DNA from: Thermoplasmatota archaeon | GTDB lineage: Archaea > Thermoplasmatota > E2 > JACPAO01 > JAHFTW01 | Assembly: GCA_041601615.1 (NCBI GenBank) | Contig: JBFIHX010000001.1 | Span: 160,001 to 224,000 of the forward strand | Length of the DNA stretch: 64,000 nucleotides | Reading direction: 5' to 3' | Shown: one piece after another, positions 19,521 through 28,058 of the stretch | Numbering within the stretch: the first letter of the stretch is position 1 | Layout of the letters: every line of letters starts with the position of its first letter | Notes under the pieces: model-generated | Database searches by the model: none | What the model saw: the letters and a program-made list of their open reading frames with translations, nothing else | What the model was told of the DNA's origin: nothing | Position numbers and translations under genes: made by a program

Positions 19521-20630
19521 TCATTCTGTCTTCTCTGCCGTGGTGAAGGATTGTGCCGTGAGGCTTCCAAGGTCCACGCCGACCATGATTCCGTAGCAAC
19601 CAGAGTCGGTGGCGCACGTTGCTCCTTCGATTGTGAATCGGATGGGTCCAGGCGGGGCGAGGCCCGCGTTGATGGCGTAGGTGCCGCCAAGGCCGTCGCA
19701 GCCTTCGAGGCATTGATACCCTCCTTGACCGTTTGTGTAGTTGACTCGGGCCCGATACATATGGTCGGGGGCGTCGATGCGGTAGGTAGCGTCCTGAAGC
19801 CCTTCGGGTCGGACCCAAGGCAAGAATGTGTAGAGCAGTTCCCCCTGGGTTTCCCACTCCAGGCTGGACTCCCCAAAGATGCGCAAGTTGGCGTGTCGAG
19901 GGTAGTTTTGATCGACAGCCAAGCCCACCACTTGTTCCAACAGGGGTTCATCGTAGGCGAATGCACTCGTTGCGCCCGTACGCAGACGTAGGCTTGCGTT
20001 GATCGGCAATTCGAGGGTGAGGTTGAATTCGGGCATGGTCCGGTAGCCGGTCTCGTTGGTGGCAACAAACACCAGACGGATCGGGTGTTCATCCATTTCG
20101 ACCTCAAGCGGGAATTCTTGGTTGTATGCGACCGATGCATTCCCAGTATTGCCCGTGGGCATGGACAGTTCGACACTTGGCGCGAGTCCTGTTCCTACCA
20201 TTGTCGTGTACGTTCCGGGGGTTCCAATCGCGATGATTCCGCTACGAAGCACATCGACATGGGCCGGCGGCGACTGCCGAGGCAATTCCAAGTCCCGAAG
20301 GAGCATTGCAGCATACAAGTCCACATCCACTTGATTTCGTACTTGTGTCTGTTGCGGGGTGTCAACGCTGGCCGGGGCGGGAGTCCAGTTTGCCAAAAAC
20401 TTCCACCCCAAGAGCACATTTTCTCCTGGACAAACACAATCCACAATGACTTCCATCGCTGTCTTGTCTGCCGGCCACGTCGTCAAATGGATCAGTTGCG
20501 TTCCCCGCTCGGTCAAGACTCCTACCGTGGGGGAGTCGCCGTCCGGGCGCTCAACGTCGCCCATGGGGTTCAGGCAACCTGCAATCAGCGGTAATACCAG
20601 CAAGGACAGAACACACAAGGCTCGTGGCAC
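19521..20630 (-). CDS. putative lipoprotein
   Basis: GTG start then PRALCVLSLLVLPLIAGC lipobox; upstream part of the track ORF is a shadow frame of the Gly-rich gene. Confidence 0.75.
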   Translation of the reverse strand: MPRALCVLSLLVLPLIAGCLNPMGDVERPDGDSPTVGVLTERGTQLIHLTTWPADKTAMEVIVDCVCPGENVLLGWKFLANWTPAPASVDTPQQTQVRNQVDVDLYAAMLLRDLELPRQSPPAHVDVLRSGIIAIGTPGTYTTMVGTGLAPSVELSMPTGNTGNASVAYNQEFPLEVEMDEHPIRLVFVATNETGYRTMPEFNLTLELPINASLRLRTGATSAFAYDEPLLEQVVGLAVDQNYPRHANLRIFGESSLEWETQGELLYTFLPWVRPEGLQDATYRIDAPDHMYRARVNYTNGQGGYQCLEGCDGLGGTYAINAGLAPPGPIRFTIEGATCATDSGCYGIMVGVDLGSLTAQSFTTAEKTE

Positions 20631-20754
20631 GAGTGATGTGCCTTGCACTACAACGACGGCAGCAGAAATCGAATGAATGATGCGACGCTTGGTACACATG
20701 CCTCTCGCACGGTTTTTAGAAATGAAAGAGGAGGATAAGGGATTTGGCGTCAAC

Positions 20755-22413
20755 TCAGCATACCCCTGGGCCCGAGCCTGCTTGGCCGGGGCTGGCGGTC
20801 CCACTGTTGCCGGTGCCGGCCGTTCCGGGCAAACCAGCTGGCTTGCCCGCACCGCCCGATCCACCATTGCCGCCGTTGCCATTGCTGTTGGCTCCGCCAC
20901 CGTTGCCACCACGCCCACAGATTCCATTTCCACCATGGCCTGCCGTGGCCGCCCCGGACGAACCTGAGCCCCCTGCGCCACCATGGCCACCGGCACAGTC
21001 AGGGATGAGCGGTGCATGGGCTTGACCACCGTTGCCTCCGTCACCGCCTTTCCCTCCGGTGCCAGTGGAGGACGCCGAGCCGCCGTTTCCGCCGTTGCGT
21101 TGCCCTTGCCCGCCATTTCCGCCGCTTGCAGCAAAGGACTGACCGAATGCCCCCGGCCCGCCGTTGCCGCCGTCTGTGCAGCCAAATGGATCGTCCCGAC
21201 CGTTGCTGCCATCAGTTCCATCTTGGCCGTTGCCGTTGCTGCATCCGTCGCCGCCATCCCCGCCATCTCCAATGTAGTTGGGAAGGCCAGAGGATCCGTG
21301 TTGAACTGCACAATTTTGATTGTTGTTGACAAGATTGTACAATATTCTTACCACATTGTCAATGCCAGCAGATTGGATGGCGTCGTTAACGGTGCTAACG
21401 AGATCACCAGTGCCTGGGATTGGTAGTGGCCCTGTTACGAGGCCAACAACATAAGACACAACCGGGTCAATCGTACCCAAACAATCGTCGTCGCAGACGG
21501 GGGGCACGCAGTCGTTTTCGCATACCGGAGGCACACAGCCTCTTTCACAAACTGGCGGCACGCAGTCGCTTTCGCATACCGGAGGCACACAGCCACTTTC
21601 ACAAACTGGCGGCACGCAGTCGGTTTCGCAGATGGGTGGCACGCAATCATCCGTACATTCGGTTGGCGGCAAGCATGTTATCTTGTACTGGCCTACCTTT
21701 GGGGCTTTGTTGCAGTCCAAGAAATCGAGGCTGAACGTGATGTCGGTGTTGATGAGGTCCTTCCATGGTAGCGCGGCGGCGGTTGTGGTCGGAGGGCCGA
21801 GGATGACGGGGAGGTCACGCGGCAGGACTTCTTCGTTGAGTGTGATGAATCCGCTCGTGCCGCCGTCGCCGCCGTGTGCAGGGCCCGCGTAGTTGATGCC
21901 GGTGGCGTAAGCGTGGCCTCCGTCGCCGCCTGCTCCCGGCATGAGTAGGCCGGGAAGGGTGGCGGTGTCGGCGTTGATGCGGATGCTTCCGCCGGCTCCA
22001 CCGTCGCCTGCTGCGGCAAGTCTTGTACCGAGGGCGCTGCCACCGGCTCCACCGCTGCCTGCTTGGACGTATGCACCGGTCTCGATATGGACAACTCGTG
22101 CGGCAAGCGTGATGCTGCCTCCGTCGCCTCCGTCGGTCGCCGTGGCAGCGTCCGCGACGACCGGAAGACCGGCCAGTCCATCCGATCCCATGATGCGGGC
22201 GCTGTCGGCGAGGTGGATGGTGTCGGCGGAAAGGGTCAGGTCGCCAACGGCATGGATTGTTCCTTCGATGCGGATGGTGTCGGCGTTGATGACGCCGGAA
22301 AGATTGACGGTCTCCCCTTCTAGGACCGTGAAGTCCGTGGGGGTGCTTGCGGTCGTTGGGCCTACACTCGCCAACACAAGGGCGAGGACGGCTGCATACA
22401 GTATGGCTTTCAC
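20755..22413 (-). CDS. secreted glycine-rich protein with Cys/Pro tandem repeats
   Basis: Signal peptide VKAILYAAVLALVLASVGPTTA, GGxGG tracts, (CVPPVCExx)6, C-terminal Cys. Confidence 0.85.
   Translation of the reverse strand: MKAILYAAVLALVLASVGPTTASTPTDFTVLEGETVNLSGVINADTIRIEGTIHAVGDLTLSADTIHLADSARIMGSDGLAGLPVVADAATATDGGDGGSITLAARVVHIETGAYVQAGSGGAGGSALGTRLAAAGDGGAGGSIRINADTATLPGLLMPGAGGDGGHAYATGINYAGPAHGGDGGTSGFITLNEEVLPRDLPVILGPPTTTAAALPWKDLINTDITFSLDFLDCNKAPKVGQYKITCLPPTECTDDCVPPICETDCVPPVCESGCVPPVCESDCVPPVCERGCVPPVCENDCVPPVCDDDCLGTIDPVVSYVVGLVTGPLPIPGTGDLVSTVNDAIQSAGIDNVVRILYNLVNNNQNCAVQHGSSGLPNYIGDGGDGGDGCSNGNGQDGTDGSNGRDDPFGCTDGGNGGPGAFGQSFAASGGNGGQGQRNGGNGGSASSTGTGGKGGDGGNGGQAHAPLIPDCAGGHGGAGGSGSSGAATAGHGGNGICGRGGNGGGANSNGNGGNGGSGGAGKPAGLPGTAGTGNSGTASPGQAGSGPGVC
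21484..21645 (-). repeat. 27-bp coding tandem repeat x6 with 54-bp higher-order unit
   Basis: Encodes CVPP[IV]C[ED]x[DG]; 21508-21561 and 21562-21615 are near-identical. Confidence 0.9.
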
Positions 22414-22530
22414 TTGAATCACTGCCCATTGTCGGGCAGTCAAGGATTGGGGCAGGGTACATAGCTCGCATACTCCCAATCTGCATATTCTAGCGGCTAT
22501 GGGCCGATTGATTGGCCCGTTCCTATCGCA

Positions 22531-23019
22531 TTAAACCGGTTCTGGATCAATTATGTGCATCATTTCAATCAATGTTCGAGTTGCCCAGTACACGCGGCTC
22601 GGGTCCTGCGAGGTCTGTACAAGCCCACGAGCCTGCAATTCTCGTAGAAATCGATGTGCTGTACAGTGCATTGAACCTGCGGCATGAGCAAGTTCGACTT
22701 GCGGCACGCGACGCTGAACAAGACACCGCAGCATTTTCTGACGCACAGGGTCTTGAAACAAGCGATGCACGATAGCTTCCACGGACGAGCGTTCTGATCG
22801 ATGCAAAAGTGTCTCTCGACCCCAGCGCGTCCGTTGAATCAACCCTACTTGCTCCAGTGCAAAAGCATGGTAAGCAACTGTTTTAGCATGAAGGCGTGAC
22901 CAATTTGCAACATCAACCACCGAACAAACTGTTTTTCGATCCAGTGTTGCCATGATTCGCTCCGACCCCGATTCTATATTCTTAGTCTTGCTGGTGGCAA
23001 CTTGCGCCCTGAACACCAT
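22531..23019 (-). CDS. tandem winged-helix DNA-binding protein
   Basis: Two HTH-wing units: TVAYHAFALEQVGLIQRTRWGRE and TAHRFLRELQARGLV; start uncertain. Confidence 0.7.
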   Translation of the reverse strand: MVFRAQVATSKTKNIESGSERIMATLDRKTVCSVVDVANWSRLHAKTVAYHAFALEQVGLIQRTRWGRETLLHRSERSSVEAIVHRLFQDPVRQKMLRCLVQRRVPQVELAHAAGSMHCTAHRFLRELQARGLVQTSQDPSRVYWATRTLIEMMHIIDPEPV

Positions 23020-23081
23020 ATCAGCCCTACGCGAGCTTACTCCAGCCAAGTCATTTTTGGAGCAAACGCCGGCATTAGGCG

Positions 23082-23378
23082 TCATGATAGGTCCGCCTCC
23101 AGTGCGTTGACGGGCCATTTTGCAGCATCAAGTTCGAGCCGGGCGCCGTTGGGTCCGCTGGCAAACAGTGTGCCGTCGCGGCATCGCCAGAAGCCCCATG
23201 TGCCTTCGTCTAGGTCCTTCAAGAGTTGCCGGTGTTGCTTCGTGATCTGCAACCATGCAAGGCTCTGCCATGTCGCTCCGGCTCGTGGTTTCAAGAGTTC
23301 ATCCAGGCCCTTCGGGTCGCGGTTTCTGCGGGTCCGCGGATCAGTGCATTGGGTTCGGCGCTTGCTGTCGCTCGTCAT
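23082..23378 (-). CDS. hypothetical protein
   Basis: About 98-aa ORF co-oriented with island genes; no recognised motif. Confidence 0.4.
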   Translation of the reverse strand: MTSDSKRRTQCTDPRTRRNRDPKGLDELLKPRAGATWQSLAWLQITKQHRQLLKDLDEGTWGFWRCRDGTLFASGPNGARLELDAAKWPVNALEADLS

Positions 23379-23655
23379 GAGGGGCCTCAAAGTGGAATTC
23401 GTGGTTGGTGCCCGCCTCGTACCGCGTTTGGTGGTTCAAGGCACGAGGCGGGCGGCGCCCTCAGAAAATCCCGGGGGCGCCATGGTTGCTGCACGAGTCA
23501 TACCCGCGTGTCATGGGCGACTCGTGCAACGTCGTGGTCGGCACTAACCGAGGCTAGCTTGTCCCCCCTGCCCGCCCCTTTTGGGCAAGGCCGTTGGTTG
23601 GGACTCGAAGAACTGACCACTACCGGTCGTGGCGCGGGGCAAATTGGAGACTGAA

Positions 23656-23737
23656 TCCCCGTCCCATCCGTGAACAAAGGTATGCTGCCATGGAAGACTC
23701 TGGGACGGGGAACTTTGGTGGTGTTCGTCTTCCATGG
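23656..23737. ncRNA. candidate structured RNA/DNA element with two crossing 11-bp stems
   Basis: TCCCCGTCCCA 23656-66 pairs with 23701-11; CCATGGAAGAC 23688-98 pairs with 23727-37. Confidence 0.45.
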
Positions 23738-23996
23738 GTTCTGCCTCGATGCATTCGCGCAGCATGGGTCCGACCAGACCCACACCGTTGCGTCGCAAAA
23801 ACGTACACTTCGCCGTTCCTCCATGATGCGCCTAGACGCGGCACATAGGCGCGTCTGGAGGCCCCAATGCCACCTCTCCCTTGAGCAGCCCGTTTGGCCT
23901 CCGTTCAAACCTCTTCTGGCCACCAGGGCCGGTCCCACCTTACCTAGAGGGGGCCAACCCCACATCCTTTAACCCGTCGTGCCGCTTGGGCCAATA

Positions 23997-24094
23997 GAAG
24001 GCAAGGTAACCCCTCGCCCTCCCTAGCCGGGACCCCTCGATGGTCTCGGCTCATGAACCATGTTGCGTTTGTCCGGGGCTTAATCCCGGACAAA
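23997..24094 (+). ncRNA. candidate small RNA with consecutive hairpins
   Basis: TATA-like CCTTTAA at 23966; hairpins 24025-24051 (10 bp, one G-U) and 24068-24094 (perfect 10 bp). Confidence 0.35.
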
Positions 24095-24116
24095 AACGGT
24101 TTGGTCCGAGCGGGCG
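24086..24116. repeat. right copy of island-bounding direct repeat
   Basis: CCGGACAAAAACGGTTTGGTCCGAGCGGGCG; differs from the left copy by two single-base indels. Confidence 0.85.
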
Positions 24117-24183
24117 TCGGCGGGAGGCAGGTCGCCGTCGCGGTGCGAACCCTTCAAGCGCGCTGCGCTCCTGTTGGGCTTTG

Positions 24184-24600
24184 TTGGCGATTCAGTATTT
24201 GAGCCAGGAGTGGGCGGAGGCGGCGTTGGCGCGTGTGGAGTCGGATGCGGAGGTCCGCTCGGCGTTGAAGGGCGTCAAGATCAGCATTCTGGCGATTATT
24301 CTTGGCAGCCCTGAGGGGCGCTATGGTTTCTTGTATGTGGCCTTCGACGGAACGGGCTTGTCAGAGTACCGAGTTGGGTACGATTATGATGCTGTGACGA
24401 AGGGCTTGGAGAGTCCGACGTTTGTGGTCTCGGGGCCGTATGAGGTGTTTGCGTCGGTGGTGCGTGGCGAGATTACGGAACGCAAGGCGTTGATGACGGG
24501 CAAGCTTCACTTGACGGGCGGCCTGTTGCGAGCACTTCGCCACATGAACGCAATGACGATCATCACGGATTCGCTCAACAGCATTGAATGCGAAACCTAG
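24184..24600 (+). CDS. SCP2 sterol/lipid-binding domain protein
   Basis: YLSQEW N-terminus and GPYEVF...ALMTGKLHLTG; TTG start inferred. Confidence 0.82.
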   Translation: MAIQYLSQEWAEAALARVESDAEVRSALKGVKISILAIILGSPEGRYGFLYVAFDGTGLSEYRVGYDYDAVTKGLESPTFVVSGPYEVFASVVRGEITERKALMTGKLHLTGGLLRALRHMNAMTIITDSLNSIECET

Positions 24601-24607
24601 ATTGAAA

Positions 24608-25741
24608 TTATGCGGTTTCGAGGAGGATGATTTTGCCCTTGCGGGTGACGTTGACGCTGCCCTCCACGCCGAGCCATTCGCGTGCCTCGTCGCTTTGCAT
24701 GCCTTGACAGCGTAGCAAGTCTTCGCTGCTGAATTGGCTGACGGCGCGAGCGACGGGTGCTCCTTCATGATAGATTTCTACGACGCTTTCGACAGGGAAG
24801 CTGCCCTCGACGCCGCGAACTCCGGCGGGTAGAAGGTGGAAGCCTTCGTGGAGTGCTTTTGCGGCTCCTTCGTCGATGAGGATGCGGCCTTGGGGTGTGG
24901 CTGCGGTGATCCAGCGCTCCTTGCCGTCGCGGCGCCCGACGGTGTCGAACCATGTTCCCAGCTGCACTGGTTCGCCCTCGGCGTCGAGCTCTGGGTGTAG
25001 GAGTTTGTGCAGCACGCCTTGTTCGCGGCCGTAGGCGATGACCACGGGAACGCCTGCTTCGGTCAGGTGCTTGGCGGATTCGAGTTTGCTGCGCATGCCG
25101 CCTCGTCCGTTTTTGCCGGGTTTTCCGGCCATTTCGAGCACTTCGGGCGTAATGGTTTCGACGCGGGATACGAGTGCGGCGGTTTTGAGGTGGGGTGGCT
25201 TGTCAAAGAGTCCGCGTACGTCGCTGAGGATGATGTAGAGGTCGGCTTCGACTTTGGCGGCGACCAGGGCACCGAGGCGGTCATTGTCGGTGAAGGAGGC
25301 GTCGATTTCTTCGGTGCTGGTGGTGTCGTTTTCGTTGATGATGGGCACGGCGCCGGCTTTGAGGAGTGCTTCGAGGCAGTTGCGCAAGTTGAGGTAGCGG
25401 CGGCGCACGTCGAAGGTGTCTGCGGTGACGAGAATTTGTGCGGCGGGGATTTTGTGGTGCCGGAGGGCGTTGTCCCAGGCTTGCATGAGTCGGTGTTGGC
25501 CGACGGCGGCGCAGGCTTGGCGCGTGGGGATATCGAGGGGCGTTTCGGGCAAGCGTAGGGCTGCGCGTCCGCTGCCGATGGCGCCACTGCTGACGACGAG
25601 GATTTGGTGGCCCTCGGAGCGCAGTTGGTGGATTTCCTCTGCGAGGCTTTGCAGGAGTTCCTTGTCGGGCAGTCCATTCGGGTCGCAGAGCGTGTTGGTG
25701 CCGAGTTTGACGACGACGCGGCGTTGTTCAGGATCGAGCAT
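24608..25741 (-). CDS. proB: glutamate 5-kinase with PUA domain
   Basis: VVKLGT, VSSGAI, AAVGQ, PIINEND, DNDRL, GGMRSK and LLPAGV motifs. Confidence 0.96.
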   Translation of the reverse strand: MLDPEQRRVVVKLGTNTLCDPNGLPDKELLQSLAEEIHQLRSEGHQILVVSSGAIGSGRAALRLPETPLDIPTRQACAAVGQHRLMQAWDNALRHHKIPAAQILVTADTFDVRRRYLNLRNCLEALLKAGAVPIINENDTTSTEEIDASFTDNDRLGALVAAKVEADLYIILSDVRGLFDKPPHLKTAALVSRVETITPEVLEMAGKPGKNGRGGMRSKLESAKHLTEAGVPVVIAYGREQGVLHKLLHPELDAEGEPVQLGTWFDTVGRRDGKERWITAATPQGRILIDEGAAKALHEGFHLLPAGVRGVEGSFPVESVVEIYHEGAPVARAVSQFSSEDLLRCQGMQSDEAREWLGVEGSVNVTRKGKIILLETA

Positions 25742-27008
25742 GGAGGGTCTCCCAGGCGTGGTTTCGGTAGGCGTCGGGGTCGGGTTCGAAGTGGATGTGT
25801 TGGAAGCCGTGGTCGTGGTAGTCGGCGGCGCGGTGTCCATTTCCGACGAGGATCCAGCGCGTGGTGACGAGTCCTTCGACCCCGACGGGGCCGCGGGCGT
25901 GGATTTTGCCGGTGCTGATGCCCACTTCGGCGCCGAGGCCGTAGCGATAGCCGTCGGCAAACCGCGTGGAGGCGTTGACGAATACGCCTGCGGAGTCGAC
26001 GGTGTCTACGAAGGATCGCATGGCGGTGGGATCTTCGGTGATGATGGCGTCGGTGTGGCCGCTGCCGTGGCGGGCGATGTGTTCGACGGCTTCGGCTAGG
26101 TTTGCGACGATGCGGACGTTGATTTCGGGGGTGCCGTATTCTTTGTCCCAGTCGGCGTCGCCTGCGTGGACGGTGATGCCGGCGGCTTGGAGTCGGACAA
26201 GGAATTCCGGCAGCCATGCGCGGTGGGCGTCGTGCACGAGGAGGGTTTCGACGGCGTTGCAGGCGCTGGGGCTGTCTAGTTTGGCGTCGACGACGATGCG
26301 TTCGGCTTTGTTCAAGTCGGCGTCGGCGTCGATGTAGACGTGGCAAATGCCGGCGGCGTGGCCGAGGACCGGGATGCGTGTGTTGCGTTGGATGTGGCGC
26401 ACGAGTTCGTTGCCGCCGCGGGGTACGATGAGGTCCACGTGCGAGTCCAATTCGAGAAGATCGGTGACTTCGGTGCGGTCTTCGAGCAGTTGGACGGCGT
26501 CTGGCGGTAGGGACGTGGTGGCGAGTGCTTCGCGGAGGACTGCGACGATGGCGGCGTTGGTGTGGGTCGCTTCTTTGCCGCCTTTGAGGAGGACGGCGTT
26601 GGCGGTTCGCAGGGTGAGCGCGGGAATTTGGATGCAAACGTCGGGGCGGCTTTCGAAGATGCAGGCGATGACGCCGATGGGTTGGGTGACTTGCCAGAGG
26701 TGAAGGTCGTTGTCCATATCGGTGCGGCACACGGTTCGGCCCACGGGATCGGCGAGGCGCGCAACTTGGCGCAGGCCGTCGACGACGATGGCGAGTTTGT
26801 CTGGCCCGAATCGCAGTCGTTCCAGCAGGGATGGCTCGAGGCCGTCGGCGGTGGCAAGGTCCTTGTCGTTGGCGGCGTGGAGTCGCGGGGCGGCGGCTTC
26901 TAGGGCGTCGGCGATGGCTCCGAGGGCTTCCTGGCGGGCTTGGTCGGGTGTGGCGAGCATGGCGCGTGCTGCGTTGCGTGCGCGTACGGCCTTTTCCATG
27001 ACTCCCAC
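25728..27008 (-). CDS. proA: gamma-glutamyl phosphate reductase
   Basis: PIGVIACIFESRP, LKGGKEA, PRGG, SACNAVE, NASTRFADG and GISTGKIHARGP motifs. Confidence 0.96.
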   Translation of the reverse strand: MGVMEKAVRARNAARAMLATPDQARQEALGAIADALEAAAPRLHAANDKDLATADGLEPSLLERLRFGPDKLAIVVDGLRQVARLADPVGRTVCRTDMDNDLHLWQVTQPIGVIACIFESRPDVCIQIPALTLRTANAVLLKGGKEATHTNAAIVAVLREALATTSLPPDAVQLLEDRTEVTDLLELDSHVDLIVPRGGNELVRHIQRNTRIPVLGHAAGICHVYIDADADLNKAERIVVDAKLDSPSACNAVETLLVHDAHRAWLPEFLVRLQAAGITVHAGDADWDKEYGTPEINVRIVANLAEAVEHIARHGSGHTDAIITEDPTAMRSFVDTVDSAGVFVNASTRFADGYRYGLGAEVGISTGKIHARGPVGVEGLVTTRWILVGNGHRAADYHDHGFQHIHFEPDPDAYRNHAWETLHARS

Positions 27009-27220
27009 GGGTGCTGCAACGCGCGCGCCTTCATGAAGCCTGTCGGTCAGGGGAGCGGAAGTACACGAGTCGAGGTGGCCATGGCCTGAACTGGCCGTTT
27101 GCTCGCGATGCTAGAGTTTGAGCACGGTCGATGTTCGGGTTGAGGGTCTTGATTATAGGCAAAATTTTCCTGCCGCGCGTCTCATCCTGGAGGCGGTTTT
27201 GATTGGCGCGCAAGACACCG

Positions 27221-27589
27221 TTATTCGATTGGGCCAAGTAGCTGGCGAGCGCCCCAGTGAACCAAATGCCATGCCAGCGCCAACGAGCCAATCCCTCCAG
27301 CAAACCCTGCCAGTGCGCGCATCCAGTTGTTTTGCCACTTGCCCCAAACGCTTTGAATGAACCAGTCGCCCAGGCAATATGTGAATCCAAAAGCACCCAC
27401 GACTAGGCGAGTTTGGCTGGGAAGGGCCCAAGCAATTGCTATTCCTATGAGCAAACCTGGCATGAGCCCCACGCATCGCGAGCAGAGCAACATGCTTTGA
27501 CCTCGGATGTTTAGACACCGGTCCTCTTGCTGGTGGCAGTGCCAAAACTTCGCCCACCAAGGATGGACTACCTCCCAGTGGTCCGTCAA
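27221..27589 (-). CDS. DUF2085-family membrane protein
   Basis: CHQ-x3-R...CSRCVG motif plus TM helices; TTG overlaps the upstream TGA. Confidence 0.8.
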   Translation of the reverse strand: MTDHWEVVHPWWAKFWHCHQQEDRCLNIRGQSMLLCSRCVGLMPGLLIGIAIAWALPSQTRLVVGAFGFTYCLGDWFIQSVWGKWQNNWMRALAGFAGGIGSLALAWHLVHWGARQLLGPIE

Positions 27590-27960
27590 ATTTTCTGGCG
27601 ATGGCCGCAGTGTAAACACACCCTGTGACGTTTGTTGGCTCCTTGCCCCCCGAGGAATGCGCCACATGGGCCGCAGGCCAAGAAGCCGCAACAGCCCTTT
27701 CCGTATCCGTATCCTTTTTTGTCGAGGGCGAACTGGTTTCTTCCGCATTTGGGGCACGCTATCGTGGGCGGCGATTCTGCTACGGGGGCAGTCGGAATAC
27801 TGGGTGCAATTGTGGCTCCGGGCCACGCCGAAGTCTCATCAGATGGATTCGCCACCGTCGCGACGCGGCCATATCCGCAATTTCCGCAGCTTGGCGTCTG
27901 GCCGTCGGAAACCTCGACAGTGTATCCGCACTGGGGACACTTTAGTCGGCGTGGTGGCAT
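27586..27960 (-). CDS. multi zinc-ribbon protein with Gly/Cys-rich hydrophobic hairpin
   Basis: CPQC/CGNC pair, then CPKC...KKGYGYGKGCCGFLACGPCGAFLGG...CLHCG. Confidence 0.78.
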   Translation of the reverse strand: MPPRRLKCPQCGYTVEVSDGQTPSCGNCGYGRVATVANPSDETSAWPGATIAPSIPTAPVAESPPTIACPKCGRNQFALDKKGYGYGKGCCGFLACGPCGAFLGGQGANKRHRVCLHCGHRQKI

Positions 27961-28058
27961 TGAGCTAGGACTGATAGAACGCTATTTGAGTGTGCCCGAA
28001 TGTTTGGCACCGCATTGTTTGACGTTCAAAAACCACCATAGGGTTGCCACATAACGAT

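Noticed and set aside
20631-21332. Possible frameshift fusion of the Gly-rich gene and the lipoprotein
   Set aside because: GGN-rich DNA is naturally stop-free in the shifted frame, the lipoprotein has its own signal peptide, and no slippery site was recognised
21484-21645. CRISPR-like periodicity
   Set aside because: No unique spacers; in-frame coding repeat; no cas genes in the window
23550-24100. SRP RNA, RNase P RNA or 5S rRNA
   Set aside because: Could not find their conserved sequence motifs
24608-27008. proA-proB as a novelty
   Set aside because: Bacterial-type proline genes are already known in several archaeal lineages
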